Of a stretch of DNA of 64,000 nt, positions 1 through 7,708 are shown piece by piece (the first letter of the stretch is position 1; every line of letters begins with the position of its first letter). Location of the stretch: positions 1,378-65,377 of the forward strand of contig JAJTYJ010000001.1 of NCBI GenBank assembly GCA_021463485.1, in the 5' to 3' direction. The stretch is from a bacterium (GTDB taxonomy: Bacteria > Patescibacteriota > UBA1384 > 2-12-FULL-50-11). A program made the translations under genes and the position numbers. The notes below the pieces were generated by a model. The model saw only the letters and a program-made list of their open reading frames with translations, searched no databases and was not told where the DNA came from.

Positions 1-1035
1 TTTGGACCGAAAACGATCATGATATTACCCGGTGAAGAAGCAGAGAACGGCACTCCTAACATTACGGCAAACTTTGCCCCTTCAACGCTGTTTGTCGATG
101 ACATTATTTATCTTAGCCAGAACGCAAAATTAATCGATCAGCCAGTCGATTACGCTACTTTTATCGGTGGCCTAGTTTCTAAGGGCACAACAAAAATTAG
201 CGGTTTACCTGTTGGCATCACACCGGGAGCGGCTGATTTATTTAGCGTTGTCATAAAAGAGGGTGAAGGTATTTCTCAGGAAAACGTCGATAAAAAAGAA
301 AAAGTTATGGTTATTTCAAAAAATGCCGCGGAAAAACTGGGCGCTACCATCGGTGACGAACTCTCAATTGGTGCTAATAACTTTAAGCTGACCGGTGTAT
401 TTGAGATCGAACAAGAGCTAAACCTAACATCCAGTAGCGGAGATATGTTTCTAATACCTGTTACCGTTGCTAATGAGATCAACCAATCAGAGCAAGTTAA
501 TCGAGTAATTGTTTACGCAAAAGATATAAACGAGGTAGATAAGGCTCGTGAGGAAGTAAAGAATTTACTTACAGCCAAACACGGCTCCACTGATTTTACG
601 GTATTAAAACCGACTGATTTGCTCGAAACGATTAACCAAATTACTGATGTTTTAGCATATATGGTAGTTGGTATCGCTTCAATCTCGCTGCTAGTGGGTG
701 GGATCGGGATCTCAAATATTATGCTTGTAACCGTTGCTGAGCGAACTCGCGAGATCGGAATCCGGAAAGCCGTCGGCGCCACTGAAGGCGCAATTTTGCT
801 CCAATTTTTAATAGAGGCGGTGCTCCTAACAGTGATTGGCTCAGTTATCGGTCTTTTAATGGCCTACGGCACCTCTTTACTGGCAGCAAAATACTCGCCG
901 CTCGAACCGTTAATTACACTACAGACTATTGGGATCGCTTTGAGTATGGGTGGGATTGCCGGTATCGTCTTCGGGCTATTCCCGGCGATTCGCGCTGCTC
1001 GCAAGAACCCTGTCGAAGCGCTCCGATTCGAGTAA
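1..1035 (+). CDS. ABC transporter permease, MacB/FtsX family (5' part probably outside window)
   Basis: C-terminal GIASISLLVGGIGISNIMLVTVAERTREIGIRKAVGA and PAIRAARKNPVEALRFE are MacB-type permease signatures. Confidence 0.9.
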   Translation, partial: FGPKTIMILPGEEAENGTPNITANFAPSTLFVDDIIYLSQNAKLIDQPVDYATFIGGLVSKGTTKISGLPVGITPGAADLFSVVIKEGEGISQENVDKKEKVMVISKNAAEKLGATIGDELSIGANNFKLTGVFEIEQELNLTSSSGDMFLIPVTVANEINQSEQVNRVIVYAKDINEVDKAREEVKNLLTAKHGSTDFTVLKPTDLLETINQITDVLAYMVVGIASISLLVGGIGISNIMLVTVAERTREIGIRKAVGATEGAILLQFLIEAVLLTVIGSVIGLLMAYGTSLLAAKYSPLEPLITLQTIGIALSMGGIAGIVFGLFPAIRAARKNPVEALRFE

Positions 1036-1036
1036 A

Positions 1037-1888
1037 TTACTGAACGCTTGACGGTGGGGTCGATGGCGGCTGGTTATTACCTAATACCATATTCTCATCC
1101 ACTAACGTTGCTGGCGGATCTTGTACGACCACTTCTTCTAATGGTTGGGTAGCTGCGGCTGGCGCTGGTGGCACCTGAGCAGCGATAGGCTGCGCTGGAT
1201 CGTTCATATCGTGAAGCGTCGTCGATGATTCTTGGAGTTTCTTAACGCGTTTTCGCGTATCAGCGACTAGAATCAGAATTAAAACATCGAGCAACAATAG
1301 CGGGAAGAGTAAAATTGGCCACAACGTTCCGCCGCCAGTACTAAACACTCCGCTACCCAACGTTGTTTCTTGTTTAGACGCGCCAGCAGTATCGGTGGTG
1401 TCACCGAGCTGAACACCGGTACCGTTCGTGCTTGGAGCTGTTCCGGTGTTCGTACTACCGCTCCCTGTACCGGTTGAGCCGGGCTGTGTATTACTTGTCG
1501 TACCAGAGCCGGTTGTAGAGCCACTAGTATTACCTGTGGTTGAGTTAGTAGTGTTACTGTTTGTATTTGAGTTGGTAGTTGAGTTGCTCGTGCTATTGCT
1601 GGTTGTATTATTACTCGTGTTACCGGTGTTGCCAGTATTGTTATTGGTAGTTGTGCCGCAGTTTGGATCGGGTGATTCTTCCCCTTCAACTACAACCACG
1701 CACGGCTCAGTTGTGGTTGTGTTACTGTTGTTCGTTGATCCGCTACCAGTGCCTTGTGTTGTTTGCCCCTCACCACCTGGCTCAGTTGCCACCTCAGCTC
1801 GGAAGATCCTCATTGAGGAGAATACAAAAACGATAATCGCAACTGCGACCGCTACGGCAGTGATTGGTAGTATTAATTTATTATTCAG
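1037..1888 (-). CDS. Thr/Asn/Ser/Gly-rich low-complexity membrane-anchored surface protein
   Basis: The ORF-track frame (1813) extends upstream to CTG 1888 after a GAGG tract, adding a signal-like hydrophobic segment; second TM near the C-terminus (LWPILLFPLLLLDVLILILVA). Confidence 0.65.
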   Translation of the reverse strand: MNNKLILPITAVAVAVAIIVFVFSSMRIFRAEVATEPGGEGQTTQGTGSGSTNNSNTTTTEPCVVVVEGEESPDPNCGTTTNNNTGNTGNTSNNTTSNSTSNSTTNSNTNSNTTNSTTGNTSGSTTGSGTTSNTQPGSTGTGSGSTNTGTAPSTNGTGVQLGDTTDTAGASKQETTLGSGVFSTGGGTLWPILLFPLLLLDVLILILVADTRKRVKKLQESSTTLHDMNDPAQPIAAQVPPAPAAATQPLEEVVVQDPPATLVDENMVLGNNQPPSTPPSSVQ

Positions 1889-1956
1889 TTCCCCCCTCGC
1901 ATTTTCTTAATGCTAACCAATCAATAACAATTAGACAAGCTTGGGGAGTTTTTATC

Positions 1957-1985
1957 TTGACGCTGTGTAAAGTTTACTTTACATT
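1957..1985 (+). promoter_or_regulatory. sigma70-type promoter (TTGACG-17-TACATT) with overlapping palindromic operator TGTAAAG-TTTA-CTTTACA (1966-1983)
   Basis: Read directly; perfect 7-bp inverted repeat covering the spacer and the -10 box. Confidence 0.8.
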
Positions 1986-1998
1986 ATTCCTAGAAACG

Positions 1999-2697
1999 AT
2001 GACAAAATTTCGGTTATTACTTCGAGAACTGCGGCAAGCGAACGACTTGAGCCAAGAAGAATTGGCTCGAGCACTTCAGGTATCGCGACAGTCGATTATC
2101 TCACTTGAGCGCGGGGAGTATCTACCGAGTATGCCGGTACTGATCTCGCTAATTGAGTTTTTCGACTGTCCGATCGACCAGCTGATCGACGGCGTCTCAC
2201 CGAAAAATAATCAACAATTTGTAAACCAAATCGAGAAAGGGGGTGAAAAGCAGATGCAACTAACGCCATGGAGTCCGTTTCAAGCGATTGATCATATGCA
2301 AGAAGAGATGAATAGTATGATCGAACGAACGTTCGGTCGCGGAGATTGGTCTAACGCTCTACAAGCAACGACCGGTGCGATGAACATTCACGAGAGCGAA
2401 AAAGAGTACGAGATCGAATTCCAGGTTCCGGGTTACACGGAAAAGGAAATTACAATCGAGATGACCGAGAATACCCTAACAGTTTCCGGCGCCAAAGAAG
2501 AGGAGAAAAAAGAGGGTAAAGATGTTGTTCGACGAGAATGGCAACACAGCCAATTCAGACGCTCTATCCGCTTTACCCACCCGATCAAAGAGGATAAAGT
2601 CGAGGCGAAAATGGAGAACGGTACGCTCAAAATCATCGCTCCAAAAATAGAGCCAACAAAACCAAAAGTAAAAAAGATCGAAGTTAAGAAAGGTTAG
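1999..2697 (+). CDS. XRE-family HTH fused to Hsp20/alpha-crystallin small heat-shock protein
   Basis: N-terminal LRELRQANDLSQEELARALQVSRQSIISLERGEYLPS (XRE HTH); C-terminal alpha-crystallin domain (AKMENGTLKIIAPK) with I-x-V tail KKIEVKK; one uninterrupted frame. Confidence 0.9.
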   Translation: MTKFRLLLRELRQANDLSQEELARALQVSRQSIISLERGEYLPSMPVLISLIEFFDCPIDQLIDGVSPKNNQQFVNQIEKGGEKQMQLTPWSPFQAIDHMQEEMNSMIERTFGRGDWSNALQATTGAMNIHESEKEYEIEFQVPGYTEKEITIEMTENTLTVSGAKEEEKKEGKDVVRREWQHSQFRRSIRFTHPIKEDKVEAKMENGTLKIIAPKIEPTKPKVKKIEVKKG

Positions 2698-2716
2698 GAC
2701 CTAACAACTTCTAATG

Positions 2717-2741
2717 AAAAAGGCGCTCAGAGCGCCTTTTT
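2717..2741. terminator. Bidirectional intrinsic terminator
   Basis: AAAAAGGCGCT-CAG-AGCGCCTTTTT hairpin between convergent genes. Confidence 0.8.
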
Positions 2742-3035
2742 CTATTGCGACTCTTCGAGTTGTTTCTGCCAGTCTTCTTTGTACGCTTCGGGATCACTAA
2801 TTACGCCGATACCGGGGATAAATCTAGTTGTGTAACTATACGTTTTTTCCCCTTTACGTTCTGCTTCCTCGATTGCTAATTTCCGCTCGATTATCATCGG
2901 CGATACTTCACCGTTTGAAGCAACTGGTTTTCGCACACTAAAATACTGGGTTGCCCCGATCATCAAGATAATTGCTCCGACCGCCGGGGCAATTGAAGAA
3001 AATCGTGTTAATGCGTCTACTACTTTCTCTTTCAT
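2742..3035 (-). CDS. Small membrane-anchored hypothetical protein
   Basis: 97-aa ORF with one TM segment; starts immediately after the stop of the upstream paralog. Confidence 0.6.
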   Translation of the reverse strand: MKEKVVDALTRFSSIAPAVGAIILMIGATQYFSVRKPVASNGEVSPMIIERKLAIEEAERKGEKTYSYTTRFIPGIGVISDPEAYKEDWQKQLEESQ

Positions 3036-3626
3036 TTATTGGTATCTACCTTCAACTCGCCAGCGCAACGGAATCATGGCACCAGATTTCATAATAGTTC
3101 CTCCGTCAGTATTCTCATACTTACCGTGTGCCCAGCCGTAAATTCCTGTAGTGGAGATGTTATTTGTGTTGGCGTTATTCATTCCACCTAGCACACCCTG
3201 ACCCCAAGCGTAACCGTGATTCTGAACAAAAAGATCAGCAGAATCAGGGTTAATAAGCTCAAATGTCCAACTGGTATGGGCTTGATCACCTTCAAACGCA
3301 ACTGCCCACAAGTAGTCTCTTGCCATTTGGCTACCCGCGCCACAAAGACCGTAATTTCTGTAACAGTCCGGCAGCGCTGGGAGTTTCCAGGTTGAAATGT
3401 ATTTAGGGACAGAGTTCTCCTCGTAAGTTACCTGCCACTCACCCGGTCCAATTGCAAACTTTTTCTTTGTTGTGCCTAGTTCCGTTCCAGGGTTGTTATT
3501 GACGTTGATCGTTAACAACTTCATCGCTTGCCATACGGTGTGAGTTGGTACGGCGGCAGAACCGATTCCAGGCGCGATCAAAAGTAACAATGATAATGCG
3601 ACTAAAATACTCGATTTATTCTTCAT
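3036..3626 (-). CDS. Secreted protein of unknown family, paralog 1
   Basis: Signal peptide; shares IGPGEW, WKLPALPDCY, YGWxHxxY and PLRW motifs with neighbours. Confidence 0.8.
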   Translation of the reverse strand: MKNKSSILVALSLLLLIAPGIGSAAVPTHTVWQAMKLLTINVNNNPGTELGTTKKKFAIGPGEWQVTYEENSVPKYISTWKLPALPDCYRNYGLCGAGSQMARDYLWAVAFEGDQAHTSWTFELINPDSADLFVQNHGYAWGQGVLGGMNNANTNNISTTGIYGWAHGKYENTDGGTIMKSGAMIPLRWRVEGRYQ

Positions 3627-4236
3627 AGCTTACTCCTGTGACATCCCAACGAAGAGGAATCATAACACCCGACCATACGAAACCACCACGATCGCAGTTA
3701 CAGTATCTGGCGTGTGACCAACCGTACGTTCCAGTAGCGATCACATTGTGACTGTTGTCACTATTTTTTCCTCCCAGTACTGCCGAGCCTCGTACGTGGC
3801 TACTAATGTTTGAGAATAAACCGGGATTTAATGGCTCCAGTTCCTGAAATGACCATCTCTGAGGATCGTTTGGATAGTCGGAATAGCTCGTTGCTAGTCC
3901 CCATAAATAGTTATTCACCAGAGCACCGCCTGGCTGGCAGGCAGCGCGACCAGCAGAGGTGTAACAATCTGGTAGCGCCGGAAGTTTCCAAGTTTCCTCG
4001 TAAATTGGGGTGTAGTTGCCACCCGATGCCTGCCGTTCATATTTTACGTACCACTCGGATGGACCAATCACAAACTGACGCTTAGTTGTCTCTAGTTCAC
4101 CGCCGCCGTAGCCGTTCGTGTTAACGACTAGCACTTTTTTTGTTTGCCAGGTGGAACTTATATCCTGAGCGTTGACCGTTGCTACATTGCTCAAAGATAG
4201 GAAGATAGCACCGGCTGCTAACAATAGTTTAATCAT
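3616..4236 (-). CDS. Secreted protein of unknown family, paralog 2
   Basis: Signal peptide; IGPSEW, ETWKLPALPDCY, YGWSHARY, PLRW. Confidence 0.8.
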   Translation of the reverse strand: MIKLLLAAGAIFLSLSNVATVNAQDISSTWQTKKVLVVNTNGYGGGELETTKRQFVIGPSEWYVKYERQASGGNYTPIYEETWKLPALPDCYTSAGRAACQPGGALVNNYLWGLATSYSDYPNDPQRWSFQELEPLNPGLFSNISSHVRGSAVLGGKNSDNSHNVIATGTYGWSHARYCNCDRGGFVWSGVMIPLRWDVTGVSYEE

Positions 4237-4868
4237 AAAATATCACCACTTACCTTCCATTCAGTTGGTAATAGAAAGCCTGCCCATACAAAACCACCAC
4301 GTCCCCCAACATTGTAGCGACCATGAACCCATCCATATGCGCCCATAAGTGACAAATTATGAATGTTTCGACCGTCTTTTCCTGATATTGTTCCTTGTCC
4401 CCAAGCTCGACCGTTATCCCTGATAAATAGCGCGGGATCATCGGGATTCATTAACCCAAACTTCCAAGTTCTCGCCGGACAGCTAGAAACGTTGGTATCA
4501 CAAACTATTCCCCAAATAAATTTTGAAACGTTCGCACCGCCAGGACTACAGCTGGCAGCGTCAGCATAACAATCAGGCATACTAGGCAATGTCCAAGTTT
4601 CTCTGTACTTCTCTACACCACTTTCAGAGTATGATACTGTCCACTCACCTGGGCCAATCGCAAAGTTTCGTTTACTCCTGCCGAGTTCGTTACCGACATT
4701 ACCCTGAGTATCGATAGTTAAAACTTTCGTTGCTCGCCAATCTTCAACGACGTCCGGGGCGGTTTGTGCGCTAATTCGAGAACTATTTTGGTTCGAATAT
4801 ATAAGAAAAACACCAAGCGCAGCTAATATAAATCCGAGAGTATATTGCAGTATAACTTTCCCTCCCAT
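4233..4868 (-). CDS. Secreted/membrane-anchored protein of unknown family, paralog 3
   Basis: N-terminal TM; IGPGEW, ETWTLPSMPDCY, YGWVHGRY, PTEW. Confidence 0.8.
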   Translation of the reverse strand: MGGKVILQYTLGFILAALGVFLIYSNQNSSRISAQTAPDVVEDWRATKVLTIDTQGNVGNELGRSKRNFAIGPGEWTVSYSESGVEKYRETWTLPSMPDCYADAASCSPGGANVSKFIWGIVCDTNVSSCPARTWKFGLMNPDDPALFIRDNGRAWGQGTISGKDGRNIHNLSLMGAYGWVHGRYNVGGRGGFVWAGFLLPTEWKVSGDIL

Positions 4869-4911
4869 GTCTCTTTTAATACTGTCGGATTTTAATGATT
4901 AGTCAAGCGAG

Positions 4912-5490
4912 CTACTCTATAGTAATTGATTGAATACTGTCACCAACTGAGATTTGTTTGACAACATCCATACCACCGGTGACTTTGCCAAAAATCGTGT
5001 AATTCTTTGGTAGCGAGTCGTTGTCGGCGAGCATAATGAAAAACTGACTGCTATTGGTATTAGGCCCGCGATTAGCCATAGCCAGCACACCTTCTTTGTA
5101 CCCGTTTTTATACGACGGCGTGTCCTCGTTTAGCTCATCTTCGAACTCTGATCCGTAAATTGAGGCTCCGCCGGTACCGTTACCGTCCGGATCGCCGCCT
5201 TGAATAACAAAACCTGGCTCAACCCGGTGAAACGTTAAACCGTCGTAAAAGCCGTTCTTAGCAAGCGTTGCAAAGTTTGTTACCGTTTTCGGCGCGTCTT
5301 GTGGATAAAGCTCCAACCGGATATCACCTTTTTTTGTTTTAATAGTCGCCTTGGTTGCAGAAACTTGTTCAAATGTTGTTGGATCACCTGTCATTTTTTT
5401 AACGCCTCCTTGTTTATCTTCTGACTGCGGAATTAGTAAAAATACGCCAACCACCGCTATAACACCGATAATGATATGTGTAATTTTCAT
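4912..5490 (-). CDS. Cyclophilin-type peptidyl-prolyl cis-trans isomerase with N-terminal anchor
   Basis: APKTVTNF, FYDGLTFHRV, FVIQGGDP, LAMANRGPNTNSSQFFI. Confidence 0.95.
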   Translation of the reverse strand: MKITHIIIGVIAVVGVFLLIPQSEDKQGGVKKMTGDPTTFEQVSATKATIKTKKGDIRLELYPQDAPKTVTNFATLAKNGFYDGLTFHRVEPGFVIQGGDPDGNGTGGASIYGSEFEDELNEDTPSYKNGYKEGVLAMANRGPNTNSSQFFIMLADNDSLPKNYTIFGKVTGGMDVVKQISVGDSIQSITIE

Positions 5491-5508
5491 TGTGCGCCCG
5501 TTCAGGAT
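5491..5508 (-). repeat. Duplicate of tRNA-Val 3' end (18 bp, copy of 5558-5575)
   Basis: TGTGCGCCCGTTCAGGAT present at both positions. Confidence 0.85.
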
Positions 5509-5559
5509 AGTCGACTAACGTCGCCTTCCTTCACTCTAATACTTTTTATGTTTGTCATG

Positions 5560-5631
5560 TGCGCCCGTTCAGGATCGAACTGAAGACCCCTTCCACGTCA
5601 AGGAAGTGCTCTACCGCTGAGCTACGGGCGC
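5560..5631 (-). tRNA. tRNA-Val(GAC)
   Basis: Cloverleaf GCGCCCG...CGGGCGC-A; anticodon arm CTTCC-TTGACGT-GGAAG; no encoded CCA. Confidence 0.95.
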
Positions 5632-5683
5632 CTGGCTAATTAACCAGTTAATTTTACTGAAAAATTAGTAGCGTGTGAAGTTG

Positions 5684-6337
5684 TTAGTTCGTAACCGTCC
5701 CTGTAACAGTCCACTTAAGAGGCATTAGCGTTCCGGAACCTAGGAAGCGAGCTCTACTATCAAAACCTGGCTCGTACCAGTGTTGGAACGTGTACGCACC
5801 GCTTTGCATAATACATTCATCTTCGTCGCCATTTCTTGGCGAAGAAATACAGCTAACAGTCTTTTGAGTGCCGGTACCGCCGTTTAGACGATTTTTCGTG
5901 CTAGTAAAGTCGTTTGGCGCTCGAACAGCAAACGTATAAAGCATACTATTTGTGCCGCCAAGAGCATTCTGTTGCGTAAAGCAACCCGCCATTATCTCAG
6001 CCGTGTTAACACCGCTTATATCGCAGCCCTTTTCGTCAGTATGAGCAAGCATCTGGATATTGGTAATACTCGGACCCGCCCATGTTTCGGTGAAGGTTTT
6101 CGAGCCAACAGTACCGGTGACAGTCCAGCCCCAAACACCGATCCCCGCTTGACCAACTTGCGAACTACCAACACGAACGTCAGCAGTTAGGACATTATTG
6201 GCCGTCCACGTACTTGTATACGGCGTAGTGCCCTGCGCAGAGGTTTTAACGTCCCCCTTAGACACGTAGAGCATCGCAGCGCCAGCCAGCGCCAAAACAA
6301 AACCAATTCCCATATGTAACAACGTTGTTCGATTCAT
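5684..6337 (-). CDS. Secreted protein of unknown family, divergent paralog 4
   Basis: N-terminal TM; WTANNVLT, ETW, GAYTFQHWY and PLKWTVTG align with paralogs 1-3. Confidence 0.7.
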   Translation of the reverse strand: MNRTTLLHMGIGFVLALAGAAMLYVSKGDVKTSAQGTTPYTSTWTANNVLTADVRVGSSQVGQAGIGVWGWTVTGTVGSKTFTETWAGPSITNIQMLAHTDEKGCDISGVNTAEIMAGCFTQQNALGGTNSMLYTFAVRAPNDFTSTKNRLNGGTGTQKTVSCISSPRNGDEDECIMQSGAYTFQHWYEPGFDSRARFLGSGTLMPLKWTVTGTVTN

Positions 6338-6426
6338 ACTTTTATATTCACGACAATCGGCATGGCTGTCAACTTTTGATTACGAAGATTGATTTTCGAT
6401 CCTGTTAAACGTAAAATATTGCTATT

Positions 6427-6500
6427 GGTCCCGTCGTCTAGTGGCCTAGGACGCCTGGTTTTCATCCAGGAAATCACGGGTTCGACTCCCGTCGGGACCG
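6427..6500 (+). tRNA. tRNA-Glu(TTC)
   Basis: GGTCCCG...CGGGACC-G; anticodon arm CCTGG-TTTTCAT-CCAGG; GGTTCGACTCC T-arm. Confidence 0.95.
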
Positions 6501-6581
6501 CAAACAGAATACACACCCGTGTTGCCTTGCAATCACGGAAACGACTCCCATTGGGACAGCAAAAAAATGTGGCTAACCTAG

Positions 6582-7007
6582 TTAGCCACATTCGGGTTTT
6601 TCGGAAGTCTGTTGATCGATTCGCAGGTCTAACTCGTGTTCGCAGTTAGCAGCTGCCTCATCACAAGCTTCGATAGCGAGTCGAGTTGGCAGGGACAAAT
6701 TACGAGTTTCGATTATGCGCTGTTTTTCACGAATAGCCTGTGCCTTAAGCTCTCCGAGAATTGCCTTTACACCCTCGTCCTGCTCAAACTGAATTTTAAG
6801 GTCGATCTCAATGAGCCGCTCATCGAGGATCTTGATTCGAGCGTCATCTCTGAGATCAATCTCCGCCGCGCGCTCTGAGTATTGCTTGTTCTTGTGCCTA
6901 TTCAGAATCCATAACACACCAGCAATTGCCGTAGAGGTAATTCCGATCCCCCACAACATCTTGGTATCGAGTTTCTTTCGCTCTATCTCACGCTTACTCA
7001 AGTACAA
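6582..7007 (-). CDS. Hypothetical protein, single TM plus helical domain
   Basis: 141-aa ORF with an upstream GGAGG; no recognised motif. Confidence 0.55.
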   Translation of the reverse strand: MYLSKREIERKKLDTKMLWGIGITSTAIAGVLWILNRHKNKQYSERAAEIDLRDDARIKILDERLIEIDLKIQFEQDEGVKAILGELKAQAIREKQRIIETRNLSLPTRLAIEACDEAAANCEHELDLRIDQQTSEKPECG

Positions 7008-7063
7008 ATACCTCCAATAAGGAATGTGTTGATATTAGCATTAAAATACGCAACGCTACATAT

Positions 7064-7708
7064 ATGTCTAAACGCGGTTTCACCTTAATTGAGGTACTAA
7101 CAACAATTACGATTATCGGAATTTTAGTCGCTATTACGACGATGGTTTATAGTAGCTCGCTTAAACGTTCTCGAGACGGTCAACGTAAAACGGACTTAGA
7201 CAGTATCAAAAACGCGTTAGAGCAATACTATCTCGATAATCGTAGTTACCCGTCGTTTAACAGCACTCGTGGCAATATTTACAACGCTCGCTGGCAATTC
7301 GAAGCTGGTTTAGTTAGTAATTGCGCTTCAAATCGGGCAGCGCTAGCGCCGCTGATTCTCCCTACGATACCCGAGGATCCTATTAATAAGCTACCGGCCT
7401 CAGCAGGCGGATGTAGCGAACTAACTGGTAATAATATGTCCGGAGAATATATCTACTTTGTCGCTGGGAACACCATACCGCCAAACAGCGATCCGCGCCC
7501 AAAAGCAGGCTATTATCTTTTGGCAAAAATGGAAACAGCACCTAGCGTTAATATTAATAATAACGGCGCTAACGATTCGTCATCGATTACCTTTATCCGC
7601 AATAGAGTCCAGGGATGGGGATATGATTTATCGGGAATAGTAATCGGTAACGGAATAAGCGGATCAGTCACTCACAATTACTTCGTTAACTCTAAGCCAA
7701 ACAACTAG
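7064..7708 (+). CDS. Type IV pilin / GspG-like protein
   Basis: RGFTLIEVL N-methylation motif; RD..RK.DL..I..ALEQYY.DN..YP. Confidence 0.9.
   Translation: MSKRGFTLIEVLTTITIIGILVAITTMVYSSSLKRSRDGQRKTDLDSIKNALEQYYLDNRSYPSFNSTRGNIYNARWQFEAGLVSNCASNRAALAPLILPTIPEDPINKLPASAGGCSELTGNNMSGEYIYFVAGNTIPPNSDPRPKAGYYLLAKMETAPSVNINNNGANDSSSITFIRNRVQGWGYDLSGIVIGNGISGSVTHNYFVNSKPNN

Noticed and set aside
1428-1910. Val/Leu-rich 160-aa plus-strand ORF
   Set aside because: Antisense shadow of the Thr/Asn-rich gene
1864-1998. ORF-track N-terminal extension of the XRE-Hsp20 gene
   Set aside because: It runs through the promoter and operator; the HTH begins at ATG 1999
6334-6649. Short ORFs overlapping tRNA-Glu (likewise those over the Leu, Gly and Lys tRNAs)
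   Set aside because: Spurious translations of tRNA sequence
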